Source: an uncultured Sulfolobales archaeon
GTDB taxonomy: Archaea > Thermoproteota > Thermoprotei_A > Sulfolobales > NBVN01
DNA length: 64,000 nucleotides
Assembly (NCBI GenBank): GCA_938045815.1
Contig: CALIBI010000008.1
Location: 6,934-70,933, forward strand
Direction of reading: 5' to 3'
The notes below the pieces were generated by a model that was given only the letters and a program-made list of their open reading frames with translations, was not told the origin of the DNA and did not search any database. The number at the start of each line of letters is the position of its first letter. Within the stretch, counting starts at the first letter, position 1. The position numbers and the translations under genes were made by a program. Below, piece by piece: positions 1 through 9,602 of the stretch.

Positions 1-345
1 AAGAGAAGAGAAATAATAGAGGACCTCTTAACCCAGATAACAGGTAACGTTGTTAAGATAAGAGCCGACTAACTAAGGATTAATCCTCATTGCTTATATC
101 AACTCCTTCATACGTTATTCTCAAGATCTCTTCTTACGTGAATATACCTCACTAACCTCTACCTATCTTTGATCCAGACCTAAAGCCCTTATTTAAGTTC
201 TTCGATTCGTTATCGTGGTGAAATCCCGCATCCAGATTTCCAGATATTCTTAATTCTCGACTTAAGTTATTTTTGGCCATACTCTCTCTAGAAGTCACGT
301 TAATGCTTTTTAAGTCTTGCTTTAAGAATCTATTAAGGTGTCAAG

Positions 346-513
346 ATGCCGGTAACAGATCCTGAAGCAATGAAGATCGTTGAGGCGAGAGTACTTAATA
401 AGCTCGTCTGCCGAAGATGCGGCGCGCTGAACCCTCCGGGAGCTACTAAATGCAGGAGATGTAAGAGCAAGTCTTTAAGACCTAAGAAGAAGAAAATAGG
501 CGTTAGGAAGTAG
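346..513 (+). CDS. rpl40e: 50S ribosomal protein L40e
   Basis: 55-aa ORF below the ORF-track cutoff, translated by hand: [55 protein letters not shown]. CxxC-x10-CxxC ribbon plus basic tail is typical of archaeal L40e. AGGTG SD about 5 nt upstream of the ATG. Confidence 0.9.
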   Translation: MPVTDPEAMKIVEARVLNKLVCRRCGALNPPGATKCRRCKSKSLRPKKKKIGVRK

Positions 514-552
514 TTTTGATCTATACATAATAGAAACTTCGGAGACTGTAGA

Positions 553-1125
553 TTAGATTTTTATGCTTGCAGTGCTGAGTCTTCGCGTAATTAGTTTTTG
601 TTCGTCTTCGTCAAATAAATTCAGTCTCTCGCTTAATATCTTGAGATCGAGCTTTAGGGCCTTACTTTTAATGAGGTCACTAATATAGCTTAACGTTTCC
701 ATATCTTGTTCTCTGCCAGCTCTAGCTTTAAGTATTACGTAGTCCTCGATTTTAAGAGTCTTCACTTCAACTCCTTCGATTTCTAAAGTTTCAGCTTCCA
801 TCAACATTTCTGAGGGTATATAGAAGTCGTGTATGTTCTCGTATAACTCCACCACTATAACACACTCACTACTTAAAGCGCACTCAAGACTAGGAGTACC
901 CAACTCAGTACTACCTACCTGACACCCAATTTCCTCAGCTACCTCAAAAACAACATCCTCATTAAAGACTGGAGAGATTGTTGTAGTAAACAAGTCTACG
1001 TCATCCTCTAACTCACTCACTCCTAGCCTCAGAGCGTATACGGTACTACCGATAATCACCCCACTAATACCTCCAGCACTAAGTTTCCTTAAGACATCAG
1101 CTAAACAGCTAATACTGTATTGCAA
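553..1125 (-). CDS. nucleotidyltransferase-fold protein (MNT/pol-beta superfamily)
   Basis: N-terminal GS-x(n)-DDVDLF motif (IGSTVYALRLGVSELEDDVDLF) matches the G[SG]...DxD signature of minimal nucleotidyltransferases. No HEPN partner is visible nearby. Confidence 0.55.
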   Translation of the reverse strand: MQYSISCLADVLRKLSAGGISGVIIGSTVYALRLGVSELEDDVDLFTTTISPVFNEDVVFEVAEEIGCQVGSTELGTPSLECALSSECVIVVELYENIHDFYIPSEMLMEAETLEIEGVEVKTLKIEDYVILKARAGREQDMETLSYISDLIKSKALKLDLKILSERLNLFDEDEQKLITRRLSTASIKI

Positions 1126-1242
1126 TACACACCCCCCACATACATTCAGTTAAGAATACGTTACGTATCCTTAAATACTGTTACCTGTACTCATACATGA
1201 ACAGGAATGCTTCACTACACGCATATCGACACATTACTAACA

Positions 1243-1254
1243 AAATTTAAATTC
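1243..1254 (+). promoter_or_regulatory. TATA box for the downstream tRNA
   Basis: AAAATTTAAATT is centred about 28 nt upstream of tRNA position 1 (1276), the expected archaeal TATA-to-TSS spacing. Confidence 0.6.
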
Positions 1255-1275
1255 CTTGTAAGTACTACTTAATTG

Positions 1276-1366
1276 GCCGGGGTGGCCGAGCGGTCTAAGG
1301 CGGCGGGCTGCAGTGGTTTAGTCGATACCCGTTATCTCGCGGGTTCGAATCCCGCCCCCGGCTCCA
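1276..1366 (+). tRNA. intron-containing tRNA, anticodon most simply read as GCA (Cys); CCA encoded
   Basis: 7-bp acceptor GCCGGGG/CCCCGGC, D arm GCCG-AGCGGTCTA-AGGC, T arm GCGGG-TTCGAAT-CCCGC, discriminator T then CCA. The anticodon stem GCGGG only closes with CCCGT if about 13 nt (1314-1326, TGGTTTAGTCGAT) are removed after position 37, giving loop CT-GCA-GA. Isotype is less certain than tRNA identity. Confidence 0.8.
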
Positions 1367-1530
1367 CAAACACTAGCTTAATTACATTACTGTTATTGAG
1401 ACTTAACGAAGTCATTAGAGATATCTTAAAACAAGATAAAGTTCTTTACGTGCTTAAAATAAGATGTTATTTTAGTGAAAAACATGCGCAGCGTACTGTG
1501 AAAAATTTATAACGTCGTTACAGATAGTAT

Positions 1531-2706
1531 GTGGGGATTAGGTTGCTTATTAGGTACCCATTTAAGTTCGAGACCTACGGAGCTGTTAAACTGTATGACG
1601 TCACTAGAACAGTCTCTCTTTACGGCGTTGACTTCGAGAAAAGATTTGGTGCGTTCAGCTTAACTTCTGAGAACTTAATCAGAATTGCTGAATCAACTGC
1701 CGTAGTTGTTCCTGTTAAGGATGAGGACCCTTTAGTGCTAGAAGGTGTTCTCCGCGCTGTGCCTCTACACTCACCTCTTATCGTGGTCTCTAACTCTTCA
1801 ACCAAGCCTCTTGACGTTTATTCTAACGAAGTTGACATAGCTAAGAATATTTACCAACTATCAGGGAGATCTATCATAGTAATACATCAGAAAGACCCAC
1901 TTATAGCAGAATTACTTAAGAGTGAGGCCCCTGATTTGATAGATGAGTCTGAAGGGCTAGTTAGAGACGGTAAGGGTGAAGGTCTATTGATAGGCACTTT
2001 AGTTGCTGAAGGTATTAATTCTAGGTACGTTGGCTACATAGATAGCGATATCTATATCCCGGGCGCTGTACTTGAGTATTCACTAATTTATTACACAGCC
2101 CTAGCTATGAGTAAATCACCCTATAAGATGGTTCGTATTTCATGGGGATTTAAAGGCTGGTACGGAGAGGAATTCCTCCTGAGGAGATGGGGGCGCGTAT
2201 CCGGCGTGGTAAGTAGCGTACTAAATAGCGTCCTCTCAAGAGGAAGAAAATTTGAAACAGACATAATAAAGACTAGCAATAGTGGTGAGCACGCTATGAG
2301 TATGGAGTTAGCGAAAATACTTGGTTTTGCTTCAAGGTATGCGGTAGAAACTTACGAGTTAGTACACTTACTCGAAACCTGCTATCTCGGCTTGAGAGAA
2401 GGCTCTTGCAGAGCTCTACCGAACACTGTAGACATACTGCAGGTAGAATCAAGGAACCCGCATCTCCACGCACAGAAGGGGGAACTACACGTTCTAGAAA
2501 TGCTGGTGGAGAGCCTTGGGATTATATATCACTCTAAGCTTGCAGATCAACACCTGAAGAACACAATACTTAGGATACTGAAGGAATTCTCATACGAGGA
2601 GGAGCCGCCCAAACCCGGAACCTACAGGTATCCCCAAATAAACACCAAGAAATTCCTTGACGAACTACTATCAAGAAGTGAGATCTCAGTTGCTCACGGA
2701 TTTTAG
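1531..2706 (+). CDS. mpgS: mannosyl-3-phosphoglycerate synthase
   Basis: Collinear with my recollection of Pyrococcus MPGS: VVVPVKDE..LEGVL..IVVSNSS, IHQKDP, RDGKGEG, IDSDIYIPGAV, GEHAMSMELA, ESRNPHLH, IYHSKLA, EEPPKP. Confidence 0.9.
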   Translation: MGIRLLIRYPFKFETYGAVKLYDVTRTVSLYGVDFEKRFGAFSLTSENLIRIAESTAVVVPVKDEDPLVLEGVLRAVPLHSPLIVVSNSSTKPLDVYSNEVDIAKNIYQLSGRSIIVIHQKDPLIAELLKSEAPDLIDESEGLVRDGKGEGLLIGTLVAEGINSRYVGYIDSDIYIPGAVLEYSLIYYTALAMSKSPYKMVRISWGFKGWYGEEFLLRRWGRVSGVVSSVLNSVLSRGRKFETDIIKTSNSGEHAMSMELAKILGFASRYAVETYELVHLLETCYLGLREGSCRALPNTVDILQVESRNPHLHAQKGELHVLEMLVESLGIIYHSKLADQHLKNTILRILKEFSYEEEPPKPGTYRYPQINTKKFLDELLSRSEISVAHGF

Positions 2707-3526
2707 GCTTAGCGGCAAGGCTTTAATACTCACCGACATAGACGACACTATGTTACCCCCAACTCAAGAAAGTTCTTTAGAAGAGTTGACGAGCTTCTTA
2801 AGCAAGTTAAGAATCTTAGGAATTGAGGTCATCCCAGTAACCTTTAAGACACATATAGAGATCGAGGAATTAATGAGTAAACTAAACCACGATTTTCTGG
2901 CGTACGTTATTGAGGGGGGTTGCGCTATACATGCTCTTAGCGGTTTCTTGAAGTGGGGCTCTAGATACTCAGCTAGAGATTATGAAGTACTAGAATTATG
3001 CAATCCTATAAGTCTCTATGAAGAATTACTAACTCTCATAGAGAAAGACCTTAATTGCTCTGAGAAAGCTTTAAGACTCACTAAGGCAAAACCGGAGAAT
3101 ATTTCAGAGATTTTAGGAATGCCTACAGACTCGATTAGATTATCTCAGAAGAGAGTTTACAGTGAAGTCTTCGTGACTCAGCACACGCCATGCAGAGAAT
3201 TCATAGTCTCAGTGACCAAGAATACGAGTCTTAGAATAATCCAGACTAGGAGAGCAGTACACTTACTAGAGGCAGATAAAGATAAAGCCACGTATACTCT
3301 CTTGAAAAACATTAACGCAGTAGGCCGGGAAACACCAATCATAGGATTAGGTGATAATCCTGCTGATGAGGGGATACTAAGTCATTCTGATGTGCCGATC
3401 ATAATATCTGAGAGTAGAGCAGAATGGTTTAAGAATTCCTACTATATGAGAAGCTTAGAAAGACCCCCTAACTCCTGGATTAATGCAGTTAAGCGAGCTT
3501 TAAACATCGTGGGCATATACCTCTAA
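2657..3526 (+). CDS. mpgP: mannosyl-3-phosphoglycerate phosphatase (HAD superfamily)
   Basis: HAD motif I LTDIDDTM and C-terminal GLGDNPADEG (motif IV-like). Immediately follows and overlaps mpgS. Start is ambiguous (TTG 2657, GTG about 2678, TTG about 2690). Confidence 0.8.
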   Translation: MTNYYQEVRSQLLTDFRLSGKALILTDIDDTMLPPTQESSLEELTSFLSKLRILGIEVIPVTFKTHIEIEELMSKLNHDFLAYVIEGGCAIHALSGFLKWGSRYSARDYEVLELCNPISLYEELLTLIEKDLNCSEKALRLTKAKPENISEILGMPTDSIRLSQKRVYSEVFVTQHTPCREFIVSVTKNTSLRIIQTRRAVHLLEADKDKATYTLLKNINAVGRETPIIGLGDNPADEGILSHSDVPIIISESRAEWFKNSYYMRSLERPPNSWINAVKRALNIVGIYL

Positions 3527-3598
3527 ATACGATAACCTCGTGAGCTGCTCACAACGAAAAGTCTCATATCCTATGGTGCGAGGAATCGGTTAGGTATT

Positions 3599-5182
3599 CT
3601 AGTACGTCTTCACACCTCCGACGTAAGTTGCTAAGACCCTGATTTCTCGTAAAGTCTTTTCGTCAACGAGATAAGGATCTTTATCTACTATTATGAAGTC
3701 AGCAAACTTACCTACTTCGAGAGTCCCTATACTGTTTTCTTCACCTAGGATGTAGGCTGATCCCTGAGTATAAGAATATAGGACCTCAGTGAGTGAGAGT
3801 TTCTCGTGAGGAGTGAGCTTAAAGAGATCCACACCCTCGTACTCGCCTCTAGTTACGGCCGCGTAAACAGTTTCCCAAGGATTCAGTGGTTCTACAGGAG
3901 AGTCTGTACTAATCCCTAACATAATTCCTGAGTTAATTAAAGTCTTGAAAGGATAAACCCAGGTAGCTCTTGACTCACCAAGTCTCTTAAGCACCCACCA
4001 GTCTGTTATGATGAAGTGCGGCTGAATAACTAAAGAAACACCCAATTCTCTAATCTTGCTAATCTGGTCAGGTCTTACTACAGACGCGTGTTCGATCCTA
4101 TGCCTAAGCTTACGTAAGTCTCGAATATTTGAATATGTGCGTAAGACCAAGTCTATGGCAGCATCACCTATTGCGTGTATGGCTAGTTGAAGACCTGCTT
4201 CATGGACTTCGCGAGCTAGCTTCTCAAGCACCTCCTCATCTATGAGTCGAGAGCCGCGTGTATCCGGCGCGTCACTATATGGCTCCGTAAGCCATGCTGT
4301 CCTAGCTCCCAAAGACCCGTCAGTAAATATCTTGATACCACGTATCTTCAGGTAATCGTCCCCAAAACCACTTCTTATTCCTAGTTTCTTGAGAGTCCGT
4401 AAAACCTCCTTCTCCTCACCTGGATTAAGATAAACCCTAACCCTAACTAATAACTTACCCTCACTCCTGAGTTCCTCAAGTACTTTAAGCGTTACATCAT
4501 TAACACTCACAAAGCCTACCGTAGTTATCCCGAGAGAAGCTGCATACTTAATCGCGTCTTCTAGGAATTTCTTATGATCCTCTAACGTAAGAGATTCTCT
4601 GAACTTCTTCCTAGCTACCTCAAGAGCTTCTTCTTTAACAATTCCTATTGCTTCCCCTTTTTCATTTCTTAACACGTGAGGTGAGTTACTACTCATTAGT
4701 CCGGCGACCTCCATAGCTTTAGTGTTCAATACTGCAGCATGCCCGCAAATACGAGTCAATAATACGGGCTTACCACTAACTACCTCATCTAAATCCCAAC
4801 GTGTGGGCCACCTACCTTCTACAAAGAGTTCTTGATCCCACCCGTGCCCGAAAACCCATGAAGTGACCTCATCAGCAGATTTCTTAACTTTATCTTTGAG
4901 CTCCTTAATACTCCTAACACCTCTTAAATCGATAGTATTCAGATGCATCCCAACCCCGTCTAAGTGCACGTGAGCATCCACAAAACCAGGTAAGACTATT
5001 TTTCCCTCTAAATCTATTACATCACACTCAAGTAATTCGCTAACGGTTAAGGCGCTTGACTTCCTGCCCGCAAAAACAACTCTACCGCCAGCGATCACTA
5101 AAGACTCGGAAGTTTTTAATGGTTCGTACGAGAGATATATCTTGCCATTAATTAGTGCGAGACACTTCCCCAAATAGATCAC
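3599..5182 (-). CDS. metal-dependent amidohydrolase (amidohydrolase-3 / YtcJ-like)
   Basis: LPGFVDAHVHLDG (HxH metal site), IHAIGD, RIEHASVV, STDSPVEP. Length about 527 aa is typical of the family. Confidence 0.75.
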   Translation of the reverse strand: MIYLGKCLALINGKIYLSYEPLKTSESLVIAGGRVVFAGRKSSALTVSELLECDVIDLEGKIVLPGFVDAHVHLDGVGMHLNTIDLRGVRSIKELKDKVKKSADEVTSWVFGHGWDQELFVEGRWPTRWDLDEVVSGKPVLLTRICGHAAVLNTKAMEVAGLMSSNSPHVLRNEKGEAIGIVKEEALEVARKKFRESLTLEDHKKFLEDAIKYAASLGITTVGFVSVNDVTLKVLEELRSEGKLLVRVRVYLNPGEEKEVLRTLKKLGIRSGFGDDYLKIRGIKIFTDGSLGARTAWLTEPYSDAPDTRGSRLIDEEVLEKLAREVHEAGLQLAIHAIGDAAIDLVLRTYSNIRDLRKLRHRIEHASVVRPDQISKIRELGVSLVIQPHFIITDWWVLKRLGESRATWVYPFKTLINSGIMLGISTDSPVEPLNPWETVYAAVTRGEYEGVDLFKLTPHEKLSLTEVLYSYTQGSAYILGEENSIGTLEVGKFADFIIVDKDPYLVDEKTLREIRVLATYVGGVKTY

Positions 5183-5345
5183 TCAAGTTATAAACCCTTT
5201 CTTAATAATAAAGCAACTAACCTCATTAAGAGGCTCTTCTCCAGACGTGAAGAGCTTTCTTCCAGTCGCTTTCCAAGCTTGTCCATGTTTTATGTAATCT
5301 GTGTGAGCTAACACAACCAGTAATAATCCTAGACACCCTGCCACA

Positions 5346-6113
5346 CTAACCTAGTATCGTATCTAGCCATAGCATCATCATGAAGCCTGACAGAAATCCG
5401 AGTGTAGAGAGTGACTCATGTCCGTGTCTGTGAGTTTCTGGGATTATCTCGTGACTAACTACGTAAATCATTGATCCACCAGCAAGCGATAGCATGAAGA
5501 CTAGTAAGCTTATTGACTCAGAAGACAGTAACGCCGCTATCATAGCCATTAGCGTCTCGCTCAAACCGCTTAAGGCTGAGAATACTAGAGCTTTCTTTTT
5601 ACTCTTCCCAGCTATGGCGACCGGAAAAGAAACAGCGAAACCTTCAGGAATATCCTGAATCCCTATAGCTAAAGCCATGGTTAAGCCCGCCGGGTAGCTA
5701 ATCCCTGATGCGCTACCTACAGCTAAGCCTTCAGGCAAGTTATGTATTAAGATAGCCATCACCATAAGCCACACACGCCTCATCCTACTTCTCATAGATG
5801 AAGGACCTTCATAACCTTTCAGCAAGTGCTCATGCGGTATGCTCTTGTCTAGCAAAACTACAAGACCAACACCAACCAAAAAACCTAACATAACTAAGGA
5901 AACCCCACCTAACTCAATAGCTGGGAGTAAGAGACTAGTAAAAGAAGCCACGACCATAACTCCAGCACTAAATCCTAAACCTACGTCCAGGTGCTTCTCA
6001 GAACCCTTAACACCAATAAGTCCTGCGATTCCTCCCAAAAAAGTTAAGAACGCTGGAACCAAACCCAGTATTAAGGCCATCATAACTATGTTCTCCGAAA
6101 GCTCGCTAAACAC
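5346..6113 (-). CDS. ZIP family divalent metal (zinc) transporter
   Basis: Multi-TM protein with HNLPEGLAVG, QDIPEGFAV and HEIIPETHRHGHE motifs, characteristic of ZupT/GufA-type ZIP transporters. Confidence 0.85.
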   Translation of the reverse strand: MFSELSENIVMMALILGLVPAFLTFLGGIAGLIGVKGSEKHLDVGLGFSAGVMVVASFTSLLLPAIELGGVSLVMLGFLVGVGLVVLLDKSIPHEHLLKGYEGPSSMRSRMRRVWLMVMAILIHNLPEGLAVGSASGISYPAGLTMALAIGIQDIPEGFAVSFPVAIAGKSKKKALVFSALSGLSETLMAMIAALLSSESISLLVFMLSLAGGSMIYVVSHEIIPETHRHGHESLSTLGFLSGFMMMLWLDTILG

Positions 6114-6141
6114 TCCCTATCACCTCTAACAGGATCGTAAG

Positions 6142-8244
6142 TCAGGCAATAAGTAGTATCCAGTAAGCTGCTAACGAAATGGTTAAAGCAACCAATATTA
6201 AGTACGTAGTCACGTATAGAGTGAATCTCAAACTCTTACTTTCCTGGTATATCGTAGCTACTGTAGCCATGCATGGAACGTAAAACATCATGAAGATTAG
6301 TAACGAAACACCCTGAGCTATATTAAGGCCTAAAGATCTCAATGCTTCCTCCCCAGCTAAGCCAGTTATCTGGGAGACAGAAGCTATTAAACCTTCTTTA
6401 GCTATGAATCCGTAAATCAGTGCGTAACCAATCATCCAGGAATTCTCGCTTCCTACATCATACAATATCTCAAGAATCCTGCCTAAGTAAGAACCTACTA
6501 TAGCTCCATAAGAAGCTTCTGGCGAGTCAACATATCCTGCAGGACCATAAGACAGCAGTACCCAGCTAAGCACTGAGAGAACGAGAATTATTATGCCGGC
6601 CTTGCGAAGAAAATGTTTAGTGTTGCTCCAAGAACCCCACCAAACAACCTTAAAGCTTGGTCTATGTATCATAGGTAACTCCATAATTAGCTCTGGAGAT
6701 TCCCTAACACTACTCAAGATCCTCACTAACTTAGCAGTCAGTAAGTAGAGAATTATTGACAAAATATAGAGCAGTGTTATCACGGATGCTTGGATAAACG
6801 TGCTGCCAGGAAATAAAGACCTAGTGAAATAAAGCAGGACAATTAGTCTTGCTTGACATATTATGAATGGTGCTGAGACAATTATCTCACGTCTCTCAAC
6901 CTCATCTATGGAGATTCTAGACTGATAAACTGCGGGGACATTACAGCCAAACCCTATAACTAGCGGGTACAGAGCTCTCCCAGATAATCCAAAAAACTTG
7001 AAGAAATTGTGGAGGGAAGCAACCATTCTAGGACCTAAGCCGCTATCTTCAAGCATTGAGAGAGACGCTGAAACAAGAAATATCAGGGGTAGGAAGCTTA
7101 ACACTGTGCCGAGACCCCCCAGGATCCCGTCAACTACCAAGGAAACTAATTCTTCGTTTAAACCAGCTAATCCTGACCGGAGAACCTCTCCTACGAAAGC
7201 AAAGAAACTTTCAAGTAACCCGGATAGGCTGTGAGTCTCTAGTGCGTCAGCTATAGCTTCAAAACCTAGGTACCTGAGAATATATGTGAATGGGAAGCCT
7301 GTATTTAGCGTGAATGCTGCAGCAAACACAGCAAATAGGGTGATAACTGATGCTAGAGGACCTGTTAAAGTATTCAAGTAAATTTTATCGATTAAAGCCG
7401 TGATATGTGGTCTTACTCTCACCCTAACCACGGTTTCTCTAACTACTTGCGTCGCATACTCATATCTTTTTAGGATAGCTATTTCTTCAGGTGTTCTTTC
7501 AGTAGCTTTCCTGAATTCCTCCCGTAATTCTTCAGTCTTTTTTATGATATCCGGCCTACCCCTCATCAAGTCAACTATGTCTTGATCACTTTCTAGAAGT
7601 CTTAGAGCAACCCACCTCTTAGGTAGCTTACCTACTTCACTATCACCAATAAGTCCTGTTAATTCGTTAATGTAACTGTCGAGAAAACCGTAATCAATCT
7701 TGAGTGGGTTACTTTTAATCCTGCCCTCAGCTACATCAACTAGAGTGCTTAGAATCTCCCTAATCCCCTCACCAGTAATTGAAGAGACAGGAACTACCGG
7801 GAAGCTTAGTCTGGAACTAAGCTTCTTTACATCTAAGTGTAAACCTACCTTATGCGTTGCGTCCCACTTAGTTAAAGCTACTACTAGCTTATCAGTCATT
7901 TCACTAACCTGTATAGGTAGATATATAGATCTCTCAGGAATCAAAGAATCTGCTAAAACTAAAATAACGTCCCAATCACCAGAAATCAAGAAATTCTTAG
8001 TTATTTTTTCCTCAAGTGACGTGGGAGACAAACCATAAATACCTGGTAAGTCAACTAGACATAGAACCTTATCCCTGAAAGCAACTATCCCGACTTTTTG
8101 TTCTACTGTAGTACCGGGCCAACTAGCTACACGAACCAACTCACCAGTAACCTGAGCAAAAAACGTTGACTTACCGACAGAGGGTTGCCCAACAACAGCT
8201 ACTACATAGTCACATGTCCTCTCTCCAAACCTCCTCAACACCAC
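6142..8244 (-). CDS. feoB: ferrous iron transporter FeoB
   Basis: N-terminal G-domain (VGQPSVGKST, WPGTTVE, DLPGIYGL, TKWD) followed by a large polytopic membrane domain; 700 aa. No FeoA ORF is seen next to it. Confidence 0.9.
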   Translation of the reverse strand: MVLRRFGERTCDYVVAVVGQPSVGKSTFFAQVTGELVRVASWPGTTVEQKVGIVAFRDKVLCLVDLPGIYGLSPTSLEEKITKNFLISGDWDVILVLADSLIPERSIYLPIQVSEMTDKLVVALTKWDATHKVGLHLDVKKLSSRLSFPVVPVSSITGEGIREILSTLVDVAEGRIKSNPLKIDYGFLDSYINELTGLIGDSEVGKLPKRWVALRLLESDQDIVDLMRGRPDIIKKTEELREEFRKATERTPEEIAILKRYEYATQVVRETVVRVRVRPHITALIDKIYLNTLTGPLASVITLFAVFAAAFTLNTGFPFTYILRYLGFEAIADALETHSLSGLLESFFAFVGEVLRSGLAGLNEELVSLVVDGILGGLGTVLSFLPLIFLVSASLSMLEDSGLGPRMVASLHNFFKFFGLSGRALYPLVIGFGCNVPAVYQSRISIDEVERREIIVSAPFIICQARLIVLLYFTRSLFPGSTFIQASVITLLYILSIILYLLTAKLVRILSSVRESPELIMELPMIHRPSFKVVWWGSWSNTKHFLRKAGIIILVLSVLSWVLLSYGPAGYVDSPEASYGAIVGSYLGRILEILYDVGSENSWMIGYALIYGFIAKEGLIASVSQITGLAGEEALRSLGLNIAQGVSLLIFMMFYVPCMATVATIYQESKSLRFTLYVTTYLILVALTISLAAYWILLIA

Positions 8245-8350
8245 GCACCCAGAAAAAATCTCTAAAGAACTAATAAATGTTAGACTAATCTAAATTTCAT
8301 GACATAAACACTCAACGATTACTTAAAACTTTACTTTCATTATTAGTTGG

Positions 8351-9553
8351 GTGTATCGAGCGCTGCTAACTTTGAGTACTGCACGTAAAGATCCGGGTAT
8401 ATGGAGGCTGACGTATTCTTTAGGTGCTATTTTAAGTAGTCTTACCTGGGGGCTCTACTACTCCTTCACTAGGCGTTACATAGGTGTTGAGTTGGGTGGT
8501 GGGCTTTATGCATTAATGCTTATCACAGGTCTTGAGTGGGGGTTTACGTTATTTGCTGTAGTAGCTGGTAAGTTAGCTAAATCCGTAGGTGATAAGAACC
8601 TAGTTCTATTGGGTTTTACAGGTGTAGTTCCCTTCTTATTAGCTTTAAGTAGTCGGGACCCCTTAATTCTTTCTATAATCTTGAGTTTCTCTAGTCTTTC
8701 TTGGGCTCTCTCATGGCCTTCAATACTTACGGCAGTCTTTAGTAGTTCTGGTGTGAGTCCTGGCAGAGCATACAGTTACTTCACTATGGGGACGGGAGTA
8801 GGATATAGTGTTGGGTCCTCTATCATGGGAGTCTTCTATAATATCGTAGGACCTGAAGGACTTTTTATAGTCATAGCAGTCATTTACTTCCTAACATACT
8901 TAGTATTTGCTGTGTTCTTCCCTAAAAAGAGTCCACAAGCAGAGCTCAGGACTAGTAGTGCAGGTATTTCTAGCTGGGATTTCAGGAAATTCTTGATTAT
9001 TTTAATAGCACTCACACTCACGGTGTTCTCTAGAGAATTGCTCTACGCAGTAGCACCCTCTAAGCTAAGTCTAGAGCTTGGGAATATCTTAGATTCTCCT
9101 TCTGTGTGGATAGAGTACTTATTGTTTGGGATTGTTTTCGGGGGTTTCACCGCTCTTCTCTCAATCCCTGCAAGAGTGATTGCGGGGAGGTTAGCAGATA
9201 GGTATAACCCATTACTAATCTTTTCCTGGACGACACTAGCATACTTGCTTGTTTACTGGACGTTCGTTAAGTCTGAGGGCTTGCTAACCTTGATTATCTG
9301 GCAAATACCTCTCTACCCATTCTTAGACACAGCAATCAACACGTACATAGCGAAGCAAACACCAAAAGAAATCATGACTACTGGTTTCGGTATCACTATA
9401 TTCTTTAATGCTTTAGGCGGGTTAATGTTGCTACCTCTATTAGCTAATCCAAGCTTAGACGTGAATTTCCTAGGATATGTAGTGACGGTGACTACTTCAT
9501 TTTCTATTCTCTTAGTTCTAGTAAGCTATAGTAGGAGCAAACCAAAAACGTAG
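8351..9553 (+). CDS. MFS-type transporter
   Basis: About 12 predicted hydrophobic segments and a central loop. GRLADRYNP resembles the MFS loop 2-3/8-9 motif. Substrate unknown. Confidence 0.65.
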   Translation: MYRALLTLSTARKDPGIWRLTYSLGAILSSLTWGLYYSFTRRYIGVELGGGLYALMLITGLEWGFTLFAVVAGKLAKSVGDKNLVLLGFTGVVPFLLALSSRDPLILSIILSFSSLSWALSWPSILTAVFSSSGVSPGRAYSYFTMGTGVGYSVGSSIMGVFYNIVGPEGLFIVIAVIYFLTYLVFAVFFPKKSPQAELRTSSAGISSWDFRKFLIILIALTLTVFSRELLYAVAPSKLSLELGNILDSPSVWIEYLLFGIVFGGFTALLSIPARVIAGRLADRYNPLLIFSWTTLAYLLVYWTFVKSEGLLTLIIWQIPLYPFLDTAINTYIAKQTPKEIMTTGFGITIFFNALGGLMLLPLLANPSLDVNFLGYVVTVTTSFSILLVLVSYSRSKPKT

Positions 9554-9602
9554 TTTACGATTAAGAACTAATCTAGTAGTGCGGAGAGCTTGCAAGCATT
9601 TT

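Noticed and set aside
1-72. Open frame to the window edge ending in TAA (..KRREIIEDLLTQITGNVVKIRAD)
   Set aside because: Only 23 codons are visible. This is plausibly the 3' end of a gene, but it is unsupported by any motif.
1273-1512. 79-aa track ORF (MAGVAERSKAAGCSG...)
   Set aside because: Its first 30 codons are simply the tRNA gene read as protein, and the rest is A/T-rich spacer. Not coding.
5190-5287. 32-aa minus-strand ORF (MDKLGKRLEESSSRLEKSLLMRLVALLLRKGL) and a GCTCTTC/GAAGAGC hairpin between the ZIP and amidohydrolase genes
   Set aside because: No SD or TATA is evident. The hairpin overlaps the ORF and may just be a spacer structure. Too weak to call.
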